DNA of 64,000 nucleotides from a virus. Location of the stretch: positions 29,641 through 93,640 of IMG/VR virus record IMGVR_UViG_2922401287_000005; one strand, given 5' to 3'. Positions 35,745 through 46,287 of the stretch are shown here, piece after piece. How positions within the stretch are numbered: position 1 is the stretch's first letter; each line of letters begins with the position of its first letter. Below the pieces are notes generated by a model, which worked only from the letters and a program-made list of their open reading frames with translations, had not been told where the DNA came from and searched no databases. Both the position numbers and the translations under genes were made by a program.

Positions 35745-36697
35745 ATGGGTTACACCCACTACTGGACGCAGAAGCGCGACTTCACCAAGACGCAGTGGAC
35801 CGAGATCACCGCCGACATCAAGGCGATCCTGGCCCACGCCCAGCACGTCGAGGGCATCGTGCTCGCCGGCGCCGGCGGCGAAGGCAAGACCTCCCCGCAG
35901 TTTGACGCCGACGCGATCATGTTCAACGGCCTCGGCGACGACAGCCACGAGACGTTCGTCGTTCACCGCAAGCGGCCGCCGCTGGAGGAGTGGCAGACTC
36001 CGGACCGCCGCGGTTGGGACTTCTGCAAGACCGCCCGCAAGCCATACGACCGCGCCGTGGTCGCCTGCCTGTGCTACCTCGCGACCGTGACGCGGAAGGA
36101 GGACCCGACGACCCACGAGCCGATCATCGGCAGCGAGGCGTTCTCGGTGTCGTCGGATGGCGACACCGCCGACTTCCTCGCCGGCCTCGACATGGCGCGG
36201 GTGGCGTTGCCGCAGTATGGCAACGTCCTCGACCTGCCGCTCACGCTGATGGAGAACGACCGCTGGTGCGCGCCGTGGATTTACCTGCGAAGCAACAAGC
36301 CGAAGCACGAGGTGCACTTCTGCATCGACGGTCACGGCTATGTGCTCAAGGGCAAACAGAGCTACCGCTTCGAGACGCACGAGGCGCTGGCCCGATGGCT
36401 GGAGAGCACCAAGGCGGCCCGGATGCACGGCTGGAAGGCGGCCGATACCGGCTGGGGCACTTATCCGTCGCATGAGCCCGACATCTGGAACGCGAGCGGA
36501 TCGTTCGACAACGTGCGCACCAGCGCATTGCGAAGGCGCAAGAGGTCGCGCTCGCAACGCTGTTTCCGGTGCCCGCTGCCAACGCGCATCAGCCGCCGGC
36601 ATTCGTTCGCCCCGGCCAGATGCCGGAGAACGGCGGACGCGAGTTCTGCTACAGCGTCACCGAGCTGCTCGACCGCCTGTCGGTGAAGGCGGCCTGA
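35745..36697 (+). CDS. Hypothetical protein with an apparent 1-nt frameshift near 36509
   Basis: MGYTHYW...FCKTARKPYD motif; the alternative frame continues QRAHQRIAKAQ...VKAA to TGA at 36697. Confidence 0.65.
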
Positions 36698-36769
36698 TAC
36701 CCGATACCGCGCGACGGCTTTCGCAGAGCCGCCGCGCGCCCCATCCCCATCATCATCAAGGAGACCAAC

Positions 36770-37039
36770 ATGACCCGCATTATCCTCAAGTGCTATCCCG
36801 CCTCCCGCGTTGACGGCAACGTCCAGATCGCGGTGACCTCCGACGGCCCGCACCCGCAGCGGACCGTGGAGATCGTCCGCGCGGCCGAAGCCGAGGCCGA
36901 GTTCAAGGCCTACTGCGCGGAGGTCGAGGCCACCGGCAAGGGCGCGGCCGTCTCGATGTCGCTCGGCCGGGGCGAGCGCGCACCGAACGGCTTTCACAAG
37001 CTGCCCGGCGCCAAGACCTTCCACCCCGTCAACATCTGA
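36770..37039 (+). CDS. Hypothetical protein (89 aa)
   Basis: Hairpin + RBS. Confidence 0.7.
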   Translation: MTRIILKCYPASRVDGNVQIAVTSDGPHPQRTVEIVRAAEAEAEFKAYCAEVEATGKGAAVSMSLGRGERAPNGFHKLPGAKTFHPVNI

Positions 37040-37097
37040 CGACCAACGGCGCCGCTTCGCAGGCGGCGCCCTTCCCCATCACAAGGAGACCAGATCA

Positions 37098-38453
37098 ATG
37101 AACGCTCACGTCAAGATCGGGCAAGAGATCGCCCGCCAACGCAGCCTGCCCGAGATCATCGCCGAATACGAGGCGAAGGCGCAGGCCATTGCCGACGGCC
37201 TGCGCGCCTGCGGCAAGGCGCAACTCGACCTGCAGACGACGGCAACGCTTGCCGGCGTCTACGGCAACAGCCACCTCGACTTCAAACTGCCGTCCGAGCG
37301 AGACCTGCACCAGCACCTGCTCAGGTCCGCGTGGCTGCACGCCTACGCTGGCTGCAACATCGAACTCCTGTCGTCGCCGACCGACAAGAGCCTGTGGAAG
37401 CAGCAACTGGAGAAGCTTCCGCCCTTCACGCTGGAGAACATCCGCGAGCTGTTCGGAAAGTTCCTGATCGACCCCCGCGCCAGTATGCTGCGCGGGCTCG
37501 CCGAAGTGTTCTGTGGCCTGGACCAAGCCTTCAAGAGCCACGACGTCGTGAAGATCGGCGTCAAGGGTCTGCCGAAGCGCATCATCATGTCGGGCTTCTC
37601 CAAGTATTCGACCTACGGCCGGGAAAAGCTGGAGACGGTCCTCAATGCGCTGGCTGCCTATCAGGGCAAGCCATTGGTCGATCACGTCGAGCTGAGCGCC
37701 ATCTTCGACAACGAGGACGCGCTGCTCAAGGCAGGGACGCTGACGAAGTACGACAAGACCACGATCGAGCACCCTGCCCGTGGCGTCCGCCTGCGCACAT
37801 TCGACAACGGCAACGGTCACCTGTTCTTTGAGCCCGACACGCTCAAGGACGTGAACCTGGCCCTCGCCGAGTTCTACGGCGACGTGCTGCCCGACACCCC
37901 GGACGAGAACCCGGTCAAGGCGAAGTCGACCGCGGTCTCCAAGGACCTGCAGTATTACCCGACGCCGGTGAAGGTGGTCGAGGCGATCTTCGATCGCATG
38001 TACCGCAACTTCGAGGGCGAGCGGGTGCTGGAGCCATCGTGCGGCGACGGCCGCATTCTGGACGCCCTCGTCAAGCGCAAGGCCATCGTCTACGGCATCG
38101 AGGTCGATCCGATGCGCGCCGTGCAGTCCCGCGCCAAGGGACACTCGGTGCTGATCGCCAACTTCCTCGAGTGCGCGCCGAACCCGATCTACGACCGGGT
38201 GGTGATGAACCCGCCCTTCTACGGCACGCACTGGGCCAAGCACGTCCGCCACGCCTATGACTTCCTCAAGGCCGGCGGCACGCTGACGGCGATCCTGCCG
38301 GTAACGGCGCGCGATAGCGGCCTGATCGACGATCTGGTCGGCAAGGACCGCTACAACGATCCGTGGCACGACCTCCCGGTCGGGTCGTTCTCCGAGAGCG
38401 GCACCAACATCAACACGGTGTGCGTCAGCATCCACAAACCGGGAAAGAGGTGA
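37098..38453 (+). CDS. DUF4942-type N6-adenine DNA methyltransferase
   Basis: QYYPTP, VLEPSCGDG (SAM binding), VMNPPF (catalytic), FSESGTNI. Confidence 0.85.
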   Translation: MNAHVKIGQEIARQRSLPEIIAEYEAKAQAIADGLRACGKAQLDLQTTATLAGVYGNSHLDFKLPSERDLHQHLLRSAWLHAYAGCNIELLSSPTDKSLWKQQLEKLPPFTLENIRELFGKFLIDPRASMLRGLAEVFCGLDQAFKSHDVVKIGVKGLPKRIIMSGFSKYSTYGREKLETVLNALAAYQGKPLVDHVELSAIFDNEDALLKAGTLTKYDKTTIEHPARGVRLRTFDNGNGHLFFEPDTLKDVNLALAEFYGDVLPDTPDENPVKAKSTAVSKDLQYYPTPVKVVEAIFDRMYRNFEGERVLEPSCGDGRILDALVKRKAIVYGIEVDPMRAVQSRAKGHSVLIANFLECAPNPIYDRVVMNPPFYGTHWAKHVRHAYDFLKAGGTLTAILPVTARDSGLIDDLVGKDRYNDPWHDLPVGSFSESGTNINTVCVSIHKPGKR

Positions 38454-38456
38454 GCC

Positions 38457-38702
38457 ATGACAAATCTCGGACCACTGCAGCGCTACCGTGATGCGCTGGT
38501 CGACGTCGACCAGCCCGCAGCAACCTACGCGGTCGCCCTCGTCAACATCCTGAAACGGATGGCGGAGATCGAGAGACGGAGCGTCACCAAGAGCCACTAC
38601 CGGGACCTCGGCCCCGATGAACAGGACGAACCGCCGACCGGCGACACCTACAATGAGCTGTGGGACGCCGTGCTCGACGAGATCAAGGCCGTCACCACCT
38701 AG
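38457..38702 (+). CDS. Hypothetical protein (81 aa)
   Basis: GAGG RBS. Confidence 0.6.
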   Translation: MTNLGPLQRYRDALVDVDQPAATYAVALVNILKRMAEIERRSVTKSHYRDLGPDEQDEPPTGDTYNELWDAVLDEIKAVTT

Positions 38703-38744
38703 AGCCCCGGGCTTTCGCAGGCCCATCACAAGGAGACCAAGACT

Positions 38745-39341
38745 ATGCCTGATACCACATGGACCACGATGCACGTCGGCGGCGCGCTGCCGTCCGACAA
38801 GATCGAAGCGTTCCTCGAAGCAATCGAGAACGACTTCTCCTACGAATGTCAGGAGGCGCCCGACGACGAAGAGGATCTTCGTGCGATCGTCGCCAAGGGC
38901 GAGAGCGTCAAGCTGCAGGCGCACGTCTACGGCAACCCGGATAGGGTCGTCGCCTTCTGCAAGGAGAACGGCCTGCCGTTCTGGATGCACTGCGAGGCTG
39001 GCTACGAGTGGGACGCCTTCATCTCGATCTGGGCGCCCGGCATGGCGAAGGAGGAAGAGTGCCCGGCCTCCGGGCAGGGCTACACACCGCAGGTCGATCT
39101 ATCGACCCTGCGAACGTGGGCCGGCAACGGCATCCTGATGCTCATAAGGGATGTCGAGCGGTTCGAGAGCGAGCGCGTCCCGCCGCTGACCATCACAGAG
39201 ATGGTTGAGACGGGCGAGCCGATCGGCGCCATCACGCCGTCGGGTGATCGCCTCGATCACTGGGACGAGCGGCTGCGCGCCGCCGACTGCACCCTGATCT
39301 ACCGCATGGTGCCGAAGGTGGAGGAGAAGTCCAATGTCTGA
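38745..39341 (+). CDS. Hypothetical protein (198 aa)
   Basis: Hairpin + RBS; acidic. Confidence 0.7.
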   Translation: MPDTTWTTMHVGGALPSDKIEAFLEAIENDFSYECQEAPDDEEDLRAIVAKGESVKLQAHVYGNPDRVVAFCKENGLPFWMHCEAGYEWDAFISIWAPGMAKEEECPASGQGYTPQVDLSTLRTWAGNGILMLIRDVERFESERVPPLTITEMVETGEPIGAITPSGDRLDHWDERLRAADCTLIYRMVPKVEEKSNV

Positions 39342-39714
39342 TGAACTCGTCGTCACCATCATCGTCAAGGACGGGTGCGTGATCGACGCCCTCGTCCCGG
39401 ACGGCGTCCGCGTCATCGTCAAGGACTACGACGTGCAGGACGCTGACCCCGATCACCTGCGCGACGACCGCGGCCCTTTCACCCAAGACGAATGGACCCA
39501 CCGCCGCCTCAAGTCGCCGGGCTGCGAGCATCAGCATGAAGGCGAGCCGCACTGTCAGCCCGCCTTCCTCAACAGCTACCACTGCGACGCGTGTGACGTG
39601 TCGTGGGAGGACCAGCACTCCTGCGGGTGCGATGACGAGTGCCCGGAGTGCGGGACCGCCATCAGCCCGGAAACCTCGGAGGTGATCGCAGCATGCGCTT
39701 GCGAAAGCCTCTGA
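39334..39714 (+). CDS. Zn-ribbon hypothetical protein
   Basis: YHCDAC...W.D.HSCGCDDECPECG. Confidence 0.7.
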   Translation: MSDELVVTIIVKDGCVIDALVPDGVRVIVKDYDVQDADPDHLRDDRGPFTQDEWTHRRLKSPGCEHQHEGEPHCQPAFLNSYHCDACDVSWEDQHSCGCDDECPECGTAISPETSEVIAACACESL

Positions 39715-39843
39715 GCACATTCGACCGAGACCTCACGTTCTTCATGATCGGCGCCGCTGTCGGCGCCCTCATGGCGATCGGGTGGCAGCTTCACTAACCA
39801 ATCCCAACGGGCTTCGCAGGCCCATCATCAAGGAGACCAGACT

Positions 39844-41082
39844 ATGAGTCATTTCACCGTTCTCGTGATCTCGCCGAGCGAGCTTACCGACGACGCCCTC
39901 GAGCCGATCCTGGCCCCGTGGCATGAGTTCGAGAGCACCGGCGTCGACGATCAGTATGTCGTCGATGTCGACAAGACCGAGGAGGTCCTCGCCGAATATC
40001 GCGAGCAGACTCGCTCGATGATCCGTTCCCCTGACGGCATTCAGGTCGCGGCCCACGACGATCGGTTCTACCGCAACCCGACCGAGCAGGAGCAGCAGAT
40101 CATGGGCAAAGTCCCGGGCACGGGAAGTCGCGGCGATTTGTCGTGGACGAGCAAGGACTGGGGTGACGGCCGGGGCTATCGCGGCAAGGTGCACTTCGTG
40201 CCTGACGGATATAGCAAGGTGGAAGTGCCGTGCAGTGAGGTCATGACCATCGCCGAGTTTATCGACTGGTGGCACAGCGGCAAGATCGTTCGCAGCGAGG
40301 CCGAGATCGACCGGAAGGGCGAGCACAAATACGGCCACGCGCTCGTTGCCGAGAACGGCGACCTGATCCGGATGATCGACCGCACCAACCCGAACCGGAA
40401 GTGGGATGGTTGGACGGTCGGCGGCCGCTGGTCGGGCATGTTCGCCGCTCCCGGCTACGATCCCGAGAAGGACCCGGCCAATCAGGAGACCTGCACCCTG
40501 TGTGGCGGTTCCGGCCAGCGTACGTTTCGGGCGGAGGAGATCGTCTGCAACAAGTGCGATGGCAAGGGCACTGCGGTCAAGTGGCCGAGCAGCTGGGTCG
40601 ACATCGGCAACCGCGCCCAGCTCAAGGACATCCCGCTGGAGGCGATCCGCAACCACGCCGAGATCGAGGCGCTCAAGCTCCACGACAAGGCGCAGGAGGT
40701 GATCGCCGGCCGGGGCTTCAAACGGTGGGACGAGGTCAAGGCCGACAATGGCGGCGACATCGACAAGACCCGCGAGGCCTACCGCGGCCAGCAAGTGCTC
40801 AAGGACCTCGAGGAAGCCAAGCTGGTCAGCTTCTTCGATGACGACGAGATCATCGGACTGTTCTGGATGTCACGCGCAGATCGGGCCACCCGCGCTCGCA
40901 ACAACGCGCTTCGCACCTTCGCCGTCGTCAAGGACGGTCAGTGGTACGAGCGCGGCGAGATGGGCTGGTTCGGCTGCGTCGCTGACGAGAAGGACTCCGA
41001 ACAATGGTCGCGCGAGTTCGCGGCCCTGCTCGACGGCCTGCCGCCCGAGACCTGGCTCGCCGTCGTCGACTGCCACATCTGA
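39844..41082 (+). CDS. Phage protein with a DnaJ-like Zn-finger insert
   Basis: MSHFTVLVI start; NPNRKWDGWTVGGRWSG; CTLCGGSG/CNKCDGKG; ends AVVDCHI. Confidence 0.75.
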   Translation: MSHFTVLVISPSELTDDALEPILAPWHEFESTGVDDQYVVDVDKTEEVLAEYREQTRSMIRSPDGIQVAAHDDRFYRNPTEQEQQIMGKVPGTGSRGDLSWTSKDWGDGRGYRGKVHFVPDGYSKVEVPCSEVMTIAEFIDWWHSGKIVRSEAEIDRKGEHKYGHALVAENGDLIRMIDRTNPNRKWDGWTVGGRWSGMFAAPGYDPEKDPANQETCTLCGGSGQRTFRAEEIVCNKCDGKGTAVKWPSSWVDIGNRAQLKDIPLEAIRNHAEIEALKLHDKAQEVIAGRGFKRWDEVKADNGGDIDKTREAYRGQQVLKDLEEAKLVSFFDDDEIIGLFWMSRADRATRARNNALRTFAVVKDGQWYERGEMGWFGCVADEKDSEQWSREFAALLDGLPPETWLAVVDCHI

Positions 41083-41143
41083 TCTGAAACCCCAACCGGG
41101 GCCGCTTCGCAGGCGGCCCCATCATTCCACAAGGAGACCAACT

Positions 41144-43105
41144 ATGACTGACATCACCATCAACGGCCTGACCCGCGCCGACATCAAGGCGGGCGAGAGC
41201 TACGAGTTCCGCATGGGCGGCAGCATCCAGAGTATCGAGGTGCGCGCCGTCGGCGACGACGGCTTCATGACCCAGTTCGGCCCGATGCCGTGGAGCAACG
41301 CCGGAATGTTGACCCGGCCGACCCCGGCGACGACCATGGATACGCCGGAGATCAAGGCGATGGTCGCGGAGGCGGCCGCCGATGCCGAGGCCGCGGCCCC
41401 GAAGGGCCGCAGGACCAAGGCCAAGGCCGAAGCCAAGGCCGAGGTCGCGGCCGAGCTGCCCGCCACGGCGCCCGACCCGGAGCCCGCAGCGGTCCCGGCT
41501 CCCGCCAAGAAACCGAGCCTGACCCGGAGCCAAGAGATCGCCGCCGACGTGGCGGCGCTGCTCCGCGCTCGCAATCCGCTGTTGTGGATCGTGACCCGGG
41601 AGGAGGCCCGGGCGGAGCGCTACCTCGTGAGCGCCGCCGCCGCTGCTGGCTTCGTCCCGCGCATGTGGGATTGCGGTCAGGGCGTCACCGATGTCGCGGC
41701 CAAGGTCGAGAGCATCGGCTCCAACGACATCGGTGAGACGCTCGGCGCGATCCGCGCCCGGGCCGACGCCAAGTCCGACCGCGGCGCGTGGGTCATGCGC
41801 GATCTGCCGCCGTGGCTGGTTGGCCCCGCCGGCATGGTGACGTGCCGACAGGTGCGCAACCTGGCCCGCTTCCTGCCGGGCGTAGAGCGCGATGGCGCGC
41901 AGGCGCTGATCGTGCTGTCTCCGTCGGGCGATGTCCCGCCGGAGCTCGCCAACCACGCCACGGTGATCGAGTGGCCGATGCCGGATCGCGCCGAGATCGC
42001 CAGCCTGCTGGACGACACGATCAACGGCCTGCCCGACGAGATGCGGGAGTCGGCCGCGCCCAACGGCACCCGGGAGGCGGCGATCGACTCCGCGATCGGG
42101 CTCACCGGCGAGGAAGCGCAGGCCTGCTACTCGAAGTCGCTTGTGCAGCTGCGCAAGATCGACCCGACCGCCGTGTCGAGGGAGAAAAAGCGCGTCATCG
42201 CTCGCGAGAAGGTCCTCGAATGGTTCGACCCGATCCCCGGCGGCCTTGCGGCCGTCGGCGGTCTCGGCAACCTCAAGGACTGGCTGATGCAGCGTAAGCT
42301 CGCCTACTCCCCGGCCGCGCGCGCCTACGGCCTGCCGGCGCCGAAGGGCTGCTTCCTCGTCGGCATCCCGGGCTGCGGCAAGTCGCTGATCTCGAAGGCG
42401 ACCGCCACCGCCTTCGATGCGCCGCTGCTCAAGCTCGACCTGGGCGCGCTCAAGGGCAAGTTCGTCGGCGAGAGCGAGGCCAACATGCGCAAGGCGCTTC
42501 GGACCATCGAAGCGATCGGCCGCTGTGTGGTCTGGATCGACGAGATCGAGAAGGCCCTGACCGGGGCCACCGCCGGCGGCTCGGACGGCGGCGTCTCGTC
42601 GGACCAGCTCGGCGCGCTGCTGCAGTGGATGCAGGAGCGCACCAGCGAGTCTTTCGTGATCGCCACCGCCAACTCGGTGGCGACCCTGCCGCCGGAGCTG
42701 CTCCGCAAGGGCCGGTTCGACGAGTTCTGGTTCGTCGACCTGCCGAACCCGAACGAGCGGGTTGAGATCCTCAACGCAGGGCTCAAGGCGCACGGCCGCA
42801 GCTTCTCGGACATCAAGGCCGAGGAGATCGCCAACGTGGTCGCCGCGACCGACGGCTTCACCGGCTCGGAGATCGCAGCCATCGTCCCGGACGCCCTGTT
42901 CGCAGCGTTCGCAGACGGCGGCCGTCAGATCACCTGTGTCGATCTGGAGAAGGCGGCGAAGGCCGTGACCCCGCTCTCGGTCACCGCGAAGGACAAGATC
43001 GCGGAGCTGCGCAACTGGGCTGCTGGCAAGGCCCGTCGCGCCACCGACGAGTGGACCGCGGAGACGGCAAAGGTTCGCTCAACCGGCCGCGCCCTCGACA
43101 TCTGA
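41144..43105 (+). CDS. Ycf46-like AAA+ ATPase
   Basis: VGGLGNLKDWL, PKGCFLVGIPGCGKS (Walker A), VWIDEIEK (Walker B), PPELLRKGRFDE; start 41144 after hairpin + RBS. Confidence 0.88.
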   Translation: MTDITINGLTRADIKAGESYEFRMGGSIQSIEVRAVGDDGFMTQFGPMPWSNAGMLTRPTPATTMDTPEIKAMVAEAAADAEAAAPKGRRTKAKAEAKAEVAAELPATAPDPEPAAVPAPAKKPSLTRSQEIAADVAALLRARNPLLWIVTREEARAERYLVSAAAAAGFVPRMWDCGQGVTDVAAKVESIGSNDIGETLGAIRARADAKSDRGAWVMRDLPPWLVGPAGMVTCRQVRNLARFLPGVERDGAQALIVLSPSGDVPPELANHATVIEWPMPDRAEIASLLDDTINGLPDEMRESAAPNGTREAAIDSAIGLTGEEAQACYSKSLVQLRKIDPTAVSREKKRVIAREKVLEWFDPIPGGLAAVGGLGNLKDWLMQRKLAYSPAARAYGLPAPKGCFLVGIPGCGKSLISKATATAFDAPLLKLDLGALKGKFVGESEANMRKALRTIEAIGRCVVWIDEIEKALTGATAGGSDGGVSSDQLGALLQWMQERTSESFVIATANSVATLPPELLRKGRFDEFWFVDLPNPNERVEILNAGLKAHGRSFSDIKAEEIANVVAATDGFTGSEIAAIVPDALFAAFADGGRQITCVDLEKAAKAVTPLSVTAKDKIAELRNWAAGKARRATDEWTAETAKVRSTGRALDI

Positions 43106-43216
43106 TCCACAACCGCATGAGACCCGCACTGTTACGACAGTGCGGGAAGCGTCCATCCCGTGTACTATCAAACCGCGGTTTCGCAGACCGCACATTCCAG
43201 CAAGGAGACCCACACT

Positions 43217-44056
43217 ATGTCGATCATCAACACCACCATCCGTCCGGGCCGCATCGTTGTACTTCGGACCACGATCACCGGGAACGTCAACTACACCAAG
43301 TCGGTCATCGAGGCCGAGCGCGTCGAGGCGGACGGCGCCAAGCGCGCCAAATGGGAGACCGAGCGCGTCGTCATCAACCCGGACGAATACGAGGAGGCCA
43401 CCACGCTGCGCGACAAGGTCCGGCAGACCATCGCCGGCCTGTGCATCAAGACCACCTTCGGCCTGCTCTGCTCGGAGGAGAAGGTCGAGAAGCTCGAGGC
43501 CGCGTTCACCGAGGCGCGCCGGCTCGCCGACGAGTTCAACGGCCGCGCCTCCACGACCCAGATCAACGTGTTCGTGATCGCGGGCCGGGTGGCAGCCGAT
43601 GACGTCGAGGCGATGCGGGCGATCAACTCGGAGGTCCGCGAGCTGATGCAGGACATGGAGACCGGCCTGCAGAACCTCGATGCGAAGGCGGTGCGCGATG
43701 CCGCCAAGAAAGCGCGGCTGCTCGGCTCGATGCTCTCCGACGACGCATCGGAGCGGGTCAAGCAGGCCATCGAGACCGCCCGCAAGGCGGCCAACGACAT
43801 GGTCAAGGCCGCTGAGACGAGCTCGGCCGAGATCGACCTGCAGGCGATCCGCAAGATCACGGAGAGCCGCACCGCGTTCCTCGACATCACCGGCGACAAC
43901 GTCGAGATCGCGGCTCCCGTGCACGGCGCTCGCGCGCTCGACTTCGAGCCGACCGAGGGCCAGGCGCCCGCGTCCGCGCCCGAGGTCGACGAGGAGGTCG
44001 CGCCGATCGCTCCGGCTGCTCCTGCCGTCAAGGCGCCCCAGCTCGAGATGGACTAA
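43217..44056 (+). CDS. Helical hypothetical protein, partner of the AAA ATPase
   Basis: Hairpin + RBS; 279 aa, coiled-coil rich. Confidence 0.75.
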   Translation: MSIINTTIRPGRIVVLRTTITGNVNYTKSVIEAERVEADGAKRAKWETERVVINPDEYEEATTLRDKVRQTIAGLCIKTTFGLLCSEEKVEKLEAAFTEARRLADEFNGRASTTQINVFVIAGRVAADDVEAMRAINSEVRELMQDMETGLQNLDAKAVRDAAKKARLLGSMLSDDASERVKQAIETARKAANDMVKAAETSSAEIDLQAIRKITESRTAFLDITGDNVEIAAPVHGARALDFEPTEGQAPASAPEVDEEVAPIAPAAPAVKAPQLEMD

Positions 44057-44125
44057 CGACAACGACCCGGCGGGCTTTGCAGGCCCGCCGGCTTCGCTTC
44101 AACCCCAACATTCAAGGAGACCAAC

Positions 44126-44470
44126 ATGGCTTGTGACACATGGCGTGCCAACGAGAAGCAGACCCTTACCGAGCGCAAGGAAGAGATCAAGCGCGTGATC
44201 GACCTCGTCGCGCAGGAGATCGTCAAGGGGCGCGTTAAGCCCAAGGTGGGCGCGCAGGGCGCGATCACCTTCGAGGGACTGGACGCGGTCACCGACCGGC
44301 GCGGCGTCACCGACGCTTGCGTCTATCGCCGGATCATGTCGACCGGATCGGCAATGGCGAAGCAGCAGCTCGCCCGCGCCGAGCAACTGGCCGGACGCCG
44401 CGTCGAGGCGCGGGCGCTGGCCGGCGGCCACCACTCTCACGATGGAGGCACGACATGGCACAAGCACTAA
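44126..44470 (+). CDS. Hypothetical protein (114 aa)
   Basis: Hairpin + RBS. Confidence 0.75.
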   Translation: MACDTWRANEKQTLTERKEEIKRVIDLVAQEIVKGRVKPKVGAQGAITFEGLDAVTDRRGVTDACVYRRIMSTGSAMAKQQLARAEQLAGRRVEARALAGGHHSHDGGTTWHKH

Positions 44471-44619
44471 CGCCAAGGAGCCGGCTTCACTACGAGGCCG
44501 AGCTCTACACCCAATGCAATCGCTGGGACGACATCCACGTCGCCATCCGCGTGATGTGGCCGCATGGCGGCTGGATCGTCTGGAACTGGGACCTCTGCCG
44601 CTGGGATGACTGCGGATGA
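44455..44619 (+). CDS. Small Trp-rich hypothetical protein
   Basis: GGAGG RBS, MAQALTP... Confidence 0.45.
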   Translation: MAQALTPRSRLHYEAELYTQCNRWDDIHVAIRVMWPHGGWIVWNWDLCRWDDCG

Positions 44620-44870
44620 AGATGGCGAAAACCAAGCAAGTCTACATCTCGGTGTGCGTCGGAAGCGAAGGCGACACCGAATGCTTCCTGTTGACCAAGC
44701 GTCAGTTCAACGGGATGTCGAACGCCTCGGACCCCCTGCAGTGGATCATCGACGGCGGCGAGAAGCGCGACAAAGGGTTGAAGAAATTCGACTCGGTCAA
44801 GGACCTCTTCGCACATATCCGGGCCAACAATCTGGAGGTCGTCGAAGAGATCAACGGCCTTTTGTACTGA
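44616..44870 (+). CDS. Hypothetical protein (84 aa)
   Basis: Coupled ORF. Confidence 0.6.
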   Translation: MKMAKTKQVYISVCVGSEGDTECFLLTKRQFNGMSNASDPLQWIIDGGEKRDKGLKKFDSVKDLFAHIRANNLEVVEEINGLLY

Positions 44871-44889
44871 CCACCACAAGGAGACCAAC

Positions 44890-45129
44890 ATGAGCAAGAT
44901 GGTTAGAGTTTTACTCGACGACGAGACCGAGCGCCGGCTCGGCATCATTGCCAAAGCCCTCGACCGCAAGGAAGGCGACCTGATCGACTCGGCAGTGTCC
45001 GAGGCGATCAACGACTACTGGAAGAATTTCCAGTGCGGCTTGGGTGCGCTGGTGAACACCGCCAGTCACGCCGATCTGGATAACTGGGCGAGCGATGGAG
45101 GTCGACGTGAAGCTGTCGAAAGCCATTGA
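44890..45129 (+). CDS. Ribbon-helix-helix (CopG-like) protein
   Basis: MVRVLLDDETERRLGIIAKALDRKEGDLIDSAV. Confidence 0.65.
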   Translation: MSKMVRVLLDDETERRLGIIAKALDRKEGDLIDSAVSEAINDYWKNFQCGLGALVNTASHADLDNWASDGGRREAVESH

Positions 45130-45355
45130 ACAGCTTCAAGCGATCCAGGCCCGCTTCGGCGACCTCGACATCGTCGGCGGCTTCCTGCAGGACGACACGC
45201 CACTCGGTAACATATGTGTCGTCAACAGCGAGGGCATGGAGATCTTTGTCAATCGGCGTTTGACTGGGCCCCCCTATCGGCCTGCCGAAACACAGAGATC
45301 TTCCCCAAAGACCCGAACGGCGTCGGTCAGGCTGACGTCGAAGGCGTGTTTCTAA
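45107..45355 (+). CDS. Hypothetical protein
   Basis: GGAGG RBS, VKLSKAIEQLQ...; 3' part looks degenerate. Confidence 0.4.
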   Translation: MKLSKAIEQLQAIQARFGDLDIVGGFLQDDTPLGNICVVNSEGMEIFVNRRLTGPPYRPAETQRSSPKTRTASVRLTSKACF

Positions 45356-45398
45356 CCCCCTAGCCTGTTCGCAGCAGGCGCATTCAAGGAGACCATCA

Positions 45399-45865
45399 AT
45401 GTCTGACGTAAGCTACGGCCCGTCTACGAGCAGGAGGAGAAGCGCAACGACGCCATCGCCTGCGCCAAGGAGTGGGCTCGCATCTTCAAGGTCGACGGCG
45501 CCGATCTGTGGACCCGGACGATGCCGCAGGCGCTGTTCGACACGCTGGAGGGCTTCTCGCCGCAATGCGCCATCGTTGCGGCCGAGGCGTTCCTCAAGCA
45601 GTTCGGATGGAAGATCGAGCGGCCGGGCGACGAGACGCGCGCCGACGCCGTGCACGAGGCTCTCACCGGCCTCGTCGACGAGGTGGAGAAGCTCTACCAC
45701 CGCGCTCCGCGCCCTAGCGACCTGCCCCATGAGCCCGGCGTCTACGCCGCCAACATGCCGGACAGCCAGCGATGGTCCTGCCCGTACCACCCGAACGAGA
45801 TCGCCGAGCACATCCGCTCGAAGATCGACGACATCGTCGAGATCGCCGTCAATCCCGTTCGCTGA
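45399..45865 (+). CDS. Hypothetical protein with an apparent 1-nt frameshift at ~45420
   Basis: MSDVSYG joins PVYEQEEKRNDAIAC...NPVR if one C is added to a C run. Confidence 0.6.
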
Positions 45866-45993
45866 AACAAGGTGGGGCTGGAGTTCGCAGCTCCAGCCCC
45901 GGCTCAAGGGAGGTAAACCGCCAAGGAGACCATCCACGGGGTCCATCAACCAAGAGCATCCACATCACCTAACACAAACAAGGAGACCTTCAA

Positions 45994-46287
45994 GTGACCA
46001 ACACCGAAACGGTGCAAGAACATCTCGTCTCAGCTGGGGATACTGTCTGGGTCCTCGTGATCGACAACCGAAGCGGAACCCATGTCGACGCCTTCAAGAC
46101 GAAGGAGGCCGCCGACGCCGCGCTGTTCGATTATTGCGACGAGTGGTGGGATCAGGAGTTTGGCGCTCATAGCCGGCCGGCCGATGACCAGCTCGTCAAG
46201 ACCTACTGGGAGCGAGAGAGCGCGCGCGGCGAGGAATGGCACGTTCTGCAGGAGAGCCGGGTCAAGCAGCTCGCGGTCCCCGCGTAG
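45994..46287 (+). CDS. Hypothetical protein (97 aa)
   Basis: AAGGAGACC RBS, GTG start. Confidence 0.65.
   Translation: MTNTETVQEHLVSAGDTVWVLVIDNRSGTHVDAFKTKEAADAALFDYCDEWWDQEFGAHSRPADDQLVKTYWERESARGEEWHVLQESRVKQLAVPA

Noticed and set aside
14600-45425. Single-base frameshifts at about 14610, 36509 and 45420 as programmed recoding
   Set aside because: Each is fixed by adding one C to a C run and none has a slippery heptamer; more likely sequencing error or early decay
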